DNA of 64,000 nucleotides from an uncultured Pseudomonadota bacterium (GTDB lineage Bacteria; Babelota; Babeliae; Babelales; JACPOV01), in the NCBI GenBank assembly GCA_964620245.1, contig CAZUJC010000001.1:436-64435 (forward strand), written 5' to 3'. Under the pieces are notes generated by a model, which searched no databases, was not told where the DNA came from, and worked only from the letters and a program-made list of their open reading frames with translations. Of the stretch, positions 53,796-62,767 are shown piece by piece. Position 1 is the stretch's first letter. Every line of letters starts with the position of its first letter. The translations under genes were made by a program, and so were the position numbers.

Positions 53796-54644
53796 ATGCT
53801 CACTTATTATTTTTTTTGCGCAGTTTTTTTTCTGAGCTCACTGTTCGTAGAATTTAATAGTGCTCATGCTCTGCAACCTGCACAAGATAGCTCGGCTTTT
53901 GGCTTAGCATTACCAGACATTGGTAAAACAATTCCCCGCCAAGCTGGAAAAACAAGTGTGCGCGAATCGGCAGTTTATTATAGAATCGAGCGGGATTACC
54001 TGTTTTTTCTTGAAACAATCGTATCTTACGCATTTAGTGACTTTTTTGGCGTTCAGATCGGTTTTCCGGTTGTTGTCGCATTCAAAAGAGGCCCGCATCA
54101 TTCAGCTGGAGCTAGTGATGCGCGCGTTGAACTTTCATTTAATATTTACAATCAACCAAATTTCTTAGCAAACATCATGGTTGGCGTGCAATTTCCTAGT
54201 GGCAATGCGCGAGTTATTCCAAATACTGGCACCGGATCGTTTGATTTTGTAGGTAGATTTACGACCGTTCATTCCTCGGAACATTGGTATATGGGTTACA
54301 AGACATCGGCATTCGTCACCAATACGCGGCGCCATTTTAAAAATGGAAATTTTTATTTTTTTGAAATGGGTTTTGGTCCCAAATTTCATTTTAATAAAAA
54401 ATCGCCACTCCATTGCTATTGCATTGCACAATTATTTGGTATTCTTTTTGAGCAAGACAAATTCAACAATATCACTCTGCAAAACACTGGTGGCCAAGTA
54501 TTTTTTTTTGGACCACTTTTGAGTGCAACGTGGAAAGGATTTTTAGTTGAAGGCAGTTTTTTGGTTCCCATTGGCCAAAGTCGTTACGGAAATCAGCCAA
54601 AATTTGATTTTCGTACTGCCCTCACATTTGAAGTTACCTTTTAA
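53796..54644 (+). CDS. Predicted outer-membrane beta-barrel (MetA-pathway/transporter-type OMP family-like)
   Basis: Signal-like MLTYYFFCAVFFLSSLFVEFNSAHA, alternating strands, the loop motif VQFPSGNARVIPNTGTGSFDF, and a C-terminal ...TALTFEVTF (terminal Phe). Confidence 0.6.
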   Translation: MLTYYFFCAVFFLSSLFVEFNSAHALQPAQDSSAFGLALPDIGKTIPRQAGKTSVRESAVYYRIERDYLFFLETIVSYAFSDFFGVQIGFPVVVAFKRGPHHSAGASDARVELSFNIYNQPNFLANIMVGVQFPSGNARVIPNTGTGSFDFVGRFTTVHSSEHWYMGYKTSAFVTNTRRHFKNGNFYFFEMGFGPKFHFNKKSPLHCYCIAQLFGILFEQDKFNNITLQNTGGQVFFFGPLLSATWKGFLVEGSFLVPIGQSRYGNQPKFDFRTALTFEVTF

Positions 54645-54665
54645 AATAGTAAGCGAAGAAATATC

Positions 54666-55352
54666 ATGAGCAGATTATTATCCCGTCGAAAAAAAATTAC
54701 TCTTTTTGCTTTACTGATTGTTATTAGCTGCGGCATCTATTTTGCACATCAATCTTCCTATTTAAGTTTTGCCTATTTTAATCAAAAAAAAGATGAACTT
54801 TTATACTTAGTGCAAACCAATGAACTTCGCGCATCACTTATTTTTATTGGATTGTATATTTTGGTAACATTGTTCACTCCAGGTGCTGCTATGTTTTCGC
54901 TCGCTGGAGGATTTTTATTCGGCGTTCTTAAAGCTACCATTTTTATTGTTATTGCTGCGACAATAAGTGGCTCTATTACTTTTTTGGTAATGCGCTATCT
55001 GCTGGGCAACGCAATACAACAAAAATATGCACTACGATTAAAAAATTTTAATCATGAACTGCACCATTATGGAAGTTATTATTTACTTATGGTCCGCGTT
55101 ATTCCAATATTTCCATTTTTTTTGGTTAACAGCATTATTGGCCTCACCAAAATCCCACTGACCACTTTTGCTTGGACAACCGCAATCGGTATTATTCCCG
55201 GCACCCTTATTTATACGTTTGCCGGCAAGCAAATTGGTACCATCAATTCGCCGCGCGATATCTTGTCGCTTCCTCTCTTATTTGCTCTCATCTGCCTAGG
55301 ACTGCTCGCGTTAATTCCGGTATTTATTAAAAAACGCCAAAAATCCCTTTAA
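54666..55352 (+). CDS. TVP38/TMEM64 (DedA-related) family membrane protein
   Basis: Family-typical core VRVIPIFPFFLVNSIIGLTKIPLTTFAWTTAIGIIPGTLIYTFAGKQIG in a 228-aa, 5-6 TM protein. Confidence 0.8.
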   Translation: MSRLLSRRKKITLFALLIVISCGIYFAHQSSYLSFAYFNQKKDELLYLVQTNELRASLIFIGLYILVTLFTPGAAMFSLAGGFLFGVLKATIFIVIAATISGSITFLVMRYLLGNAIQQKYALRLKNFNHELHHYGSYYLLMVRVIPIFPFFLVNSIIGLTKIPLTTFAWTTAIGIIPGTLIYTFAGKQIGTINSPRDILSLPLLFALICLGLLALIPVFIKKRQKSL

Positions 55353-55481
55353 AGCTGTCCATTTTTTATAATAAAAGGTTAAAATTGCCCGAATCTCATT
55401 TAATATTTCTGATTGTAATTTTTCATAGAAATGGTATCCTATTAATAGAATTTAATTTTATTAATAAAATGGAACAAAGCT

Positions 55482-56111
55482 ATGAAAAAGACATTATTTC
55501 TACTCATTCATGTCCTAGCTTTTGCAGTTGGCTCGATTAAAGCTGTTAATCAAAACCATGCTCCTATTGTTTATCACGTCCAAAACTCTTCTGCGGCAGC
55601 AAACAATCAACAACAAATTACTGCAAATCCATTACCTAACCAAATAATTCCCGTAGCACAACAAAATCAGCCGACTCATGTATCAAAGTTTTCCCGTGAT
55701 ATAACAGCTGCAAAACAATTGCAACAAAAGTCCATAAAAATTCAACATAATCAACTTCTTGCACATAAGATACTGCAGGACGATGCAAATCGGCAAAAAA
55801 CTAAAGAACAATTAGAAGAATTGAACAAAACAATCAACGCACTTTCTCAAAATATAAATAACCGAAACAATTACAATTATTTTTTGAAATACCGTCGTAA
55901 CACTGATATTACTAAAAATCCAGATGATGAAAAAAAACTTGAAAGATTACCCCAAAACCACCAGCAATATCTTATCAATAAGCACGGCATTATAACCAAA
56001 GAAGTAAAACGCGAGAAAGCAAGAAATCGTGTTGCGTTCGCTATTGTTGGAACTGCGATCTTTGCGATATATAAGTGCTTTGGTGATTTGCGTGATCTAT
56101 TTTCTGAATAA
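55482..56111 (+). CDS. Signal-peptide protein with a Gln/Asn-rich coiled region and a C-terminal TM anchor
   Basis: 209 aa with signal peptide MKKTLFLLIHVLAFAVGSIKA and C-terminal VAFAIVGTAIFAIYKCF. Confidence 0.5.
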   Translation: MKKTLFLLIHVLAFAVGSIKAVNQNHAPIVYHVQNSSAAANNQQQITANPLPNQIIPVAQQNQPTHVSKFSRDITAAKQLQQKSIKIQHNQLLAHKILQDDANRQKTKEQLEELNKTINALSQNINNRNNYNYFLKYRRNTDITKNPDDEKKLERLPQNHQQYLINKHGIITKEVKREKARNRVAFAIVGTAIFAIYKCFGDLRDLFSE

Positions 56112-56117
56112 TATTTC

Positions 56118-56873
56118 CTACTGCCCTGCTTCTTTTTCTTGAATTGGTTTCTTATTTTTCTCTGAAAGTTTTTTAATATTTTCAAAAAAAATCACAATGC
56201 CTTGCGCATTATTAATTTTTTTGACGAATTCGTTATCTTTAATTTTAAAAGCCATATATCTTGGGGGCAAATGAAATAACTGGGCATACCAAATCAGAAC
56301 AGATATACCCATTGTTGCAAACGATGCTAAACCAAGAAAGCCCATATCATGTTTGTCGAAGTACTGGCATGATTTCCAAGATGCATATATCGAAACCACT
56401 GGTATTCCTACCAAAGCAAACATTGACGTTATTTCTTTCATACGAAACCAGACTAACCGATTTTTTTCGTCTTTGTATTTTTCTTTTGCCATTTCTTCGT
56501 AATCTTCCATTCCCCGATTCGTTTGGATAATGTTTTGTATCTGCTCAAATTTTTCTGAGCTAATTTCTTTGCGAACTACACCAATATAATTTTTTCTGGT
56601 ACATAAAAATTCTATGGTGTTGCTGTCAACAGCAGTTTTCGCATTTAGCAAATTCACAAATGATGTCTTATCACAATTTTCAATTGAGATACGAATATTC
56701 TTCCAATCATTTTCCCCAAATTTAATTAGCTGATTATTTCCGTATTCCATAGCCGCGCATCGAAAAAAAATAAGATGAGCAACGAATAGTAAACACCATT
56801 GTTTCACTTTGATTATTTTCATTATGGTATACCAATTTTTGAAATTTAATTTTTTTTTAAACAACGCATACAT
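56118..56873 (-). CDS. Hypothetical membrane protein
   Basis: 251-aa maximal ORF. An internal ATG at 56822 gives the signal-like MKIIKVKQWCLLFVAHLIFFRCAA. There are two TM segments in the C-terminal half and a Lys-rich tail. Confidence 0.5.
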   Translation of the reverse strand: MYALFKKKLNFKNWYTIMKIIKVKQWCLLFVAHLIFFRCAAMEYGNNQLIKFGENDWKNIRISIENCDKTSFVNLLNAKTAVDSNTIEFLCTRKNYIGVVRKEISSEKFEQIQNIIQTNRGMEDYEEMAKEKYKDEKNRLVWFRMKEITSMFALVGIPVVSIYASWKSCQYFDKHDMGFLGLASFATMGISVLIWYAQLFHLPPRYMAFKIKDNEFVKKINNAQGIVIFFENIKKLSEKNKKPIQEKEAGQ

Positions 56874-56884
56874 ACTTTACTTAT

Positions 56885-58237
56885 ATGCGTTCACTATATT
56901 ATCGTGAAACAAAAAACATGTGGAGAGTTCGATTGAATAACTATTTTCATTTTTTTATTTTTTTTATTCTCAATTTTTTTTTCGCACTGCATTCATCGCA
57001 TCATGAACAAATGTCAATGCACGATCGTACTCTTGATGATTTAACACCCAGCACTCATACAAATCAGCACCTGATGCGCGGAATGTATGGGCGTTATCCA
57101 ATGGAACGAGAAATTTCTGGCACCGATTGGCAACCAGAATCAATTGCCATGGATGGGATTCATTTTGCGCACAACGAATGGCAATTCATGACGCATGATT
57201 TTTTAAACGCTGCCTTTACTCATCAAAGCGGCCCACGCGGCGGAAATCAAATTTTTAGCACAAGCATGTTCATGGCAACTGCACAGCGCGATTTTGGTGA
57301 ACATTACACATTTGCTGCGCGTGCGATGTTTTCACTCGATCCATTAAACGGAAAAAAAGGATATCGCTTACTTTTGCAAACAGGTGAAACCGCAAACGGT
57401 GTTACTCCACTTATTGATCGCCAACATCCGCACGATTTATTTAATGAACTTGCCATTGTTCAAACAATAATGATTAATAAACAGAGTTCAATTTTTTTCT
57501 ATTTCGGTTTGCCAGGAGAACCTGCCCTGGGGCCTCCAGTTTACATGATGCGTTACAGTGGCACCTACAATCCTGAGGCACCAATTAGTCACCATTGGCT
57601 TGATTCAACGCATGTTCAATTTGGTGTTTTTACCGTTGGTTATATTTGGCGCATGCTCAAATTTGATGCCTCTGTTTTTACCGGTCGCGAACCAGATCAA
57701 CATCGCTATGATTTTGAACGCCCGCGATTTGATTCATTTTCAATGCGCGTAACGATAAATCCAACGCCAGATCTTTCGGCACAAATAAGTATCGGTTTTT
57801 TAAAATCACCCGAACAATTAGAACCAGATGTTAATATTACACGCTCGACCGCTTCATGCAGCTATAATTTCGTGCACAACAAGTTCAAGGGCCAGTTAAC
57901 CGGCTGCTGGGGCAGAAACCAAAAACATCCTGGTACTGCAACCAATGCATTACTACTTGAAACAACCATTGATCTTCACGATAAACACTATTTTTTTGGC
58001 CGCACCGAATTTGTACAAAAAGATGAGCTTTTTGCTCAACCTGATCCACGATTTTCGCAGGTTTTTAACGTTGGCAAACTTACCATTGGTTATATCTATC
58101 AATTGGTAGTGTGCCATCATGTTGAATTTGGCATCGGTGCATTAGGTTCGGTTATTTTTATACCTCACGATTTAGTCGAAAGTTACGGAAAGAATCCACT
58201 TTCTGGAACAATCTTTCTACAAATGCGAATTGTGTAA
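56885..58237 (+). CDS. Conserved-looking putative outer-membrane barrel with a His/Met-rich N-terminus
   Basis: 450 aa with hydrophobic N-terminal FHFFIFFILNFFFALHS followed by SHHEQMSMHD. Motifs DRQHPHDLF and ISHHWLDSTHVQFG. The C-terminal half is strand-rich. Confidence 0.55.
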   Translation: MRSLYYRETKNMWRVRLNNYFHFFIFFILNFFFALHSSHHEQMSMHDRTLDDLTPSTHTNQHLMRGMYGRYPMEREISGTDWQPESIAMDGIHFAHNEWQFMTHDFLNAAFTHQSGPRGGNQIFSTSMFMATAQRDFGEHYTFAARAMFSLDPLNGKKGYRLLLQTGETANGVTPLIDRQHPHDLFNELAIVQTIMINKQSSIFFYFGLPGEPALGPPVYMMRYSGTYNPEAPISHHWLDSTHVQFGVFTVGYIWRMLKFDASVFTGREPDQHRYDFERPRFDSFSMRVTINPTPDLSAQISIGFLKSPEQLEPDVNITRSTASCSYNFVHNKFKGQLTGCWGRNQKHPGTATNALLLETTIDLHDKHYFFGRTEFVQKDELFAQPDPRFSQVFNVGKLTIGYIYQLVVCHHVEFGIGALGSVIFIPHDLVESYGKNPLSGTIFLQMRIV

Positions 58238-58380
58238 GAAAATGGGTGGAAACCATCAAAAAAAGTTGTTATCATTATAATTAATAGTGGCACTTTTCCA
58301 TTAACTTCGTGCTATTTGCACATTCTGCACACAAAAAAGTGAAAAAGGAGCCTAGTAACCCAAAAAACGGCCATTTTTGC

Positions 58381-59667
58381 ATGAAAAAAAGAATTATACT
58401 TTTTATCCTTATTTTCGCTTGTGCATCATTAGTTGTGCCATTGCATTCTATGGAATCTGCCTCACCTGCACCGCGTGAAAAATGGTTTACCATCTTTGTC
58501 CATGGCATAATTAGTGTCAAACCGCATCTGAATGTCCATAACATCATTAGGCTCATGCGGGATGATATTGCTAATACGGTGTATGCACGCGCTGTTGAAA
58601 TCATGCGCAAAGATGACTTTTTTTATAAATATCACGCAATGCAAGAGGTTGGACTTTTGCCAGTCAATATCAATTCAACCGAACCTGGCGCTGCTGCATC
58701 TGTTTTTGCACGTGCTTTTGACACCGTAGCAAAATTTGCAAATCCAAACATGCCACAGCATGAATATTACACCTTTGGGTGGTCTGGATTATTAAGCCAA
58801 TATATGTGGAACCTTGAAGCGGAACTATTTTATAAAAAACTGCATGATCTAGTGGCAACAACACGTGCACAAGGGTATGAGCCACGTATCAGAATGGTAG
58901 GCTACAGCCATGGCGGCACGTTTGCTCTCCATTTAGCACTTTTTGATTCTGGCTTTTTTTCGGTTGACGAAATGTGGCTCATTGGCGTACCGGTGCTTCC
59001 GTCAGCATATGATTTAATCAAACGACCATTTTTTAAGAAGATTGATCATTTTTATTCGTATGGTGATCGCGTTCAACCGCTTGATTGCTTTGGATTCAAT
59101 CGCTTTTTTTCTGATCGTGCATTTTACCCGACTGCAAAAAATCCGTTACCTGAAAAATTGACTCAAATTCAAATGAAGTTCCGCCGCCCAGTGTTTGCAC
59201 AGAAAACATGCCCCATTCATAAAAATGGTTGCACAAAAATTAACCGATCACGCATGCGCAACGCCGATCCGGGACACACAGAATTGTGGTCATTTGGTTG
59301 GTCACCAGCAAGCTATCGAAGCAACTTTCCGCTGAATCCGCTTCCAGCTACAGTGTGCTTACCATTTTTTGCGCAAACAATCGCAAATGAACGTTTGCAT
59401 GGCACTCATACATCGATTGAAGTCTATTCAAATCATGAATTTATGATGATTAGTGGCAGTACGATTAAAAAAACAATACAAACATCATTCTTACCGGATT
59501 ATTTACTCAATGCGCTTAAACAGGATGCGTTAGCGTGCAGGCCAATAAATTATCATCCACAGCTGTACGGTCAAAAAGTCCAACAAGCAATAGCTCGCGC
59601 TCAAATAGATCATGAAAATGAAAAGAAAGCGGCGCGCGCTACCCGTTCAAATCGTTCCACAAATTAA
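58381..59667 (+). CDS. Secreted alpha/beta-hydrolase (lipase/esterase-like)
   Basis: Signal peptide MKKRIILFILIFACASLVVPLHS, the oxyanion-type IFVHGI and the nucleophile elbow MVGYSHGGTFAL (GxSxG). ATG at 58381; the ORF-track TTG at 58309 is less likely. Confidence 0.65.
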   Translation: MKKRIILFILIFACASLVVPLHSMESASPAPREKWFTIFVHGIISVKPHLNVHNIIRLMRDDIANTVYARAVEIMRKDDFFYKYHAMQEVGLLPVNINSTEPGAAASVFARAFDTVAKFANPNMPQHEYYTFGWSGLLSQYMWNLEAELFYKKLHDLVATTRAQGYEPRIRMVGYSHGGTFALHLALFDSGFFSVDEMWLIGVPVLPSAYDLIKRPFFKKIDHFYSYGDRVQPLDCFGFNRFFSDRAFYPTAKNPLPEKLTQIQMKFRRPVFAQKTCPIHKNGCTKINRSRMRNADPGHTELWSFGWSPASYRSNFPLNPLPATVCLPFFAQTIANERLHGTHTSIEVYSNHEFMMISGSTIKKTIQTSFLPDYLLNALKQDALACRPINYHPQLYGQKVQQAIARAQIDHENEKKAARATRSNRSTN

Positions 59668-60418
59668 GTAAATCTTTCATACTCATTTGCTGAGCTCTCA
59701 GCACAAGAGTAGTTTCAGGAATTTTGTTTAAATCAAAATGCGTTTGCTGCAAATTATTTTTTAATGTTCTTCGCGGTTGCTTGAAACATAATTTAATAAA
59801 TTGCCAAAACTCTTCTTCGTTTTTAATTCGCTCCACTACTGATTTGGGTTTAAAATAAAGAAGCCGTGAATCAACTTTTGGTGGTGGTTCAAATGCTTGC
59901 GGGGGTATTTTATCAAGTTTTTTCCATTCAAAATAATGTTGGAAAAAAAGTGATGGGTAACCGTAACCACGTCCATGCGTTTTTAAAATTTTTTCAGCTA
60001 CTTCTTCTTGAATCATAATTACTCCTTCTTTAAGCACTGCTCTGTTTTTATGGAGCATATGTAAAATTGGGAATGTAATTTGATAGGGTAAGTTAGCAAG
60101 CAAGGTCCATGGTTTATTTTCATCAAAACGTGACCAATCGATGTCCAAGATATTTTCTTGGAAAATCGTCATGCGAGAATCGGGAAACTTTTTTTGCACG
60201 AATCGTGCCCAATCAGGATCAATTTCAAAAACCCAGAATTGTTTGAGTGGTTGCTGCAAAATCGATTTTGTTAAAAATCCGTCACCGCACCCAATTTCAA
60301 AAACGGACGAATTTTCATCAAGTATAACAGATGCCAGCATGTGATCGATCACCGCTTGCCAGCGCAAAAAATGCTGCCCGTACATTTTCTTGACCGCTAT
60401 TCCTTCAACAAATACCAT
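59639..60418 (-). CDS. rsmA: 16S rRNA (adenine1518/1519-N6)-dimethyltransferase
   Basis: YGQHFL, the SAM loop VFEIGCGDGFLT and ANLPYQITFPIL. The ATG at 60418 follows AAGGA; the ORF-track start is the TTG at 60448. The 3' end overlaps the lipase gene 3' end by 29 nt. Confidence 0.88.
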   Translation of the reverse strand: MVFVEGIAVKKMYGQHFLRWQAVIDHMLASVILDENSSVFEIGCGDGFLTKSILQQPLKQFWVFEIDPDWARFVQKKFPDSRMTIFQENILDIDWSRFDENKPWTLLANLPYQITFPILHMLHKNRAVLKEGVIMIQEEVAEKILKTHGRGYGYPSLFFQHYFEWKKLDKIPPQAFEPPPKVDSRLLYFKPKSVVERIKNEEEFWQFIKLCFKQPRRTLKNNLQQTHFDLNKIPETTLVLRAQQMSMKDLLNLWNDLNG

Positions 60419-60547
60419 GGAATCCTTTTTTAAATCTTGAAATAACAAAATGTGCTCATATATACTAATAGTAAATTATTTAGAAAACAAAATATGCTTA
60501 ATATAAGACTAAATTATACTAAAAACGACCAAAAAAATAGGTAGTAC

Positions 60548-61582
60548 ATGTTTTTTAGCCACCGATCGACCATTATACTTCTATCACTAGCTTCAATTAT
60601 ACCCATAAGCAGCCTATTGAGCATGGAGTATCCAGAGCGTTCTCATTCAGGATCAAGTGATAGTTCAATTCAAGGTGATGTGGCCTCTTTAAGCGACAAT
60701 GAACAAGATTATTTAAAAGAGTTAAGTACTCTACTCAAAAAAATACGACAAAACACTCGATTTCTAGAGCAAGCTCTTTCAAAAAAAGATCCAGTACAAT
60801 CGATTGGTCGATTAGTTGTAGTAAATGATCAACTTGCAAATCAAGCAACAAGCATTCTAAATAAGCTCAAAACACAAACACGATTAAGCTCAAAACTTAT
60901 GATGCAAATACAGAAACACTATGACGAGCTGCACCGATTGATTGAAAATTCTCTCGCTGCGCCGTTGGCAACGTTGAAAAAACAGTTCCAGATTGAGAAC
61001 TGGACAGATCTCCTTCTGTCACAGGTAGCATCATCAGACAAACAAAGCAAAAAAGAGATTAAAGACAAAGTCGAACAGTTTCTGTCTACCTATTTTAATG
61101 ATCGATTGTACGATGCAAACTATTTAGCGCACGTCTATCTCAATTTAATCGAACATTCATTTAACGCATATGCTCAAGACAAAATAAATGAACCAACTGA
61201 ATCCATTCAGGGAGATATTTATCTATTGCAAGATGTTACCCAACAGCACACAAAACGTGAGAAAGTTGAACATTATGTCCAATTGCTCACACGTTTGTTG
61301 AATTATCTTGAGAATGCAGTCGATTATGGCACACTTGCCCAAAAATATCTCAGTCTTTATAAACTTAGTGCTGATAATTCATTAAAACAAGATCACACGC
61401 AGTTGACCTTTTCTTTAAGTGAACAAATAGATGCTATTGAACCATCAGCATTAATAAAAGGCACACTGATTAACAAGCAAAAACGTCAGCACGTAATTGA
61501 GAAAACGCAATTCTGGCAAGCATCTTTAGACACTGCACCAACCGTAAAATCATTAATTACTAAACTCCAAAAAAAGAAATAA
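60548..61582 (+). CDS. Secreted helical protein, tandem paralog A
   Basis: 344 aa with signal MFFSHRSTIILLSLASIIPISSLLS. It shares colinear blocks with paralog B (LYDANYLAHVYLNLI; LLNYLENAVDYGTLAQKYLSLYK; LKQDHTQLTFS) and has a Lys-rich tail. Confidence 0.6.
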   Translation: MFFSHRSTIILLSLASIIPISSLLSMEYPERSHSGSSDSSIQGDVASLSDNEQDYLKELSTLLKKIRQNTRFLEQALSKKDPVQSIGRLVVVNDQLANQATSILNKLKTQTRLSSKLMMQIQKHYDELHRLIENSLAAPLATLKKQFQIENWTDLLLSQVASSDKQSKKEIKDKVEQFLSTYFNDRLYDANYLAHVYLNLIEHSFNAYAQDKINEPTESIQGDIYLLQDVTQQHTKREKVEHYVQLLTRLLNYLENAVDYGTLAQKYLSLYKLSADNSLKQDHTQLTFSLSEQIDAIEPSALIKGTLINKQKRQHVIEKTQFWQASLDTAPTVKSLITKLQKKK

Positions 61583-61597
61583 AAAAAGAGGTGTACT

Positions 61598-62665
61598 ATG
61601 TTTTTTAGTCGATTGTTCTTTTTATTATTAACCCTCATTTCCATTTTTATACAATCACCATTAACGCATGCAATGGAAGAAGGCGATGTCAGTTCTGAGC
61701 AAATACTGCGTAAATCATCAAGCGCTACATTGGGCGACCAAACCGCATCCGATATTTTAAATTCAATAACATCAAAATTAAGCCAACTAAAAACTGGTAA
61801 TGCGAGTTTGAAAAATGCTTTAGCGCAACTATCACATCAACAAATCATCAAAAAAATAATTGCTACGAATAACGAACTCATGCAAATAATTGATCACAGC
61901 ATAGAACAAGTTAGCGCAGACAATTTATCCGAAAATGATAGTAAAAATCTAAAAAAAATTAAAAGCGATTTCAACCAGCTAAAATATGATGCAACCACTG
62001 CATTAAAAAAACCATTGTTGAATTTGCATACAGCGTTGCTGCCGGGCGCCTGGAAAGAGCAATTAAAATTTGTTGCTGAAAAAAATGTTAATTTGGATCA
62101 GACCATATCAAATTTTTATAATCATCAACTGTATTTGGCTAACTATGCAGCACTTATCTACTTAAACCTCATACTTCAAGATGAAAACAAAATTAACGAA
62201 ATACGCACAATGGATAAAAATATCGCTGATAAAAAACTAAAAGCGAATGCTATAAAGGATGCGCAAGAATATGCTGTTCAATTCGCAGAATTAAACGCTG
62301 CCAAGAAAGAGGTCGAAGACAAAAGAAAACGATTCAAAAATCTTCTGAAATACCTCGAAGATGCGCTCGACTTTGGTTCGTTAGCAAAAAAATACCTTGC
62401 CCACTATAAACAAAAAGTTGATGACAACTTGAACAAAGATCACAATAAGCTAACCATGGGTTTCAGCAACGTATTATTGTCAATCGACCCTGAAGTTCTC
62501 GAGAAAGATGCGGAAAAAAATCAAGCCAAACGAGAACAATGGAAACAAAAAACGCGTACTTGGTTAGAATACTTGCAAAAGTCCCCACGTCGAAGCCAAA
62601 CATCACAACACTTCAAAAAACAATCAAAACAAATACGAAAAGAATCAAAAGCAGAAGAGAAATAA
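61598..62665 (+). CDS. Secreted helical protein, tandem paralog B
   Basis: 355 aa with signal MFFSRLFFLLLTLISIFIQSPLTHA. Shared blocks are LYLANYAALIYLNLI, LLKYLEDALDFGSLAKKYLAHYK and LNKDHNKLTMGFS. Lys/Arg-rich tail. AAGAGGTG SD upstream. Confidence 0.6.
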   Translation: MFFSRLFFLLLTLISIFIQSPLTHAMEEGDVSSEQILRKSSSATLGDQTASDILNSITSKLSQLKTGNASLKNALAQLSHQQIIKKIIATNNELMQIIDHSIEQVSADNLSENDSKNLKKIKSDFNQLKYDATTALKKPLLNLHTALLPGAWKEQLKFVAEKNVNLDQTISNFYNHQLYLANYAALIYLNLILQDENKINEIRTMDKNIADKKLKANAIKDAQEYAVQFAELNAAKKEVEDKRKRFKNLLKYLEDALDFGSLAKKYLAHYKQKVDDNLNKDHNKLTMGFSNVLLSIDPEVLEKDAEKNQAKREQWKQKTRTWLEYLQKSPRRSQTSQHFKKQSKQIRKESKAEEK

Positions 62666-62699
62666 TGCATAGAAGTAAAAAATAGGTATACTTACACAA

Positions 62700-62731
62700 G
62701 CGGCGAGAAATTTTCTCGCCGCATTTTTTTT
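62700..62731 (+). terminator. Rho-independent terminator
   Basis: GCGGCGAGAA (62700-62709) pairs with TTCTCGCCGC (62713-62722) around a 3-nt loop, followed by A and then T8. It lies 35 nt after the stop at 62665. Confidence 0.8.
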
Positions 62732-62767
62732 CTTGATGTAATTATATTTATTTTAATAGGAGTTTCT

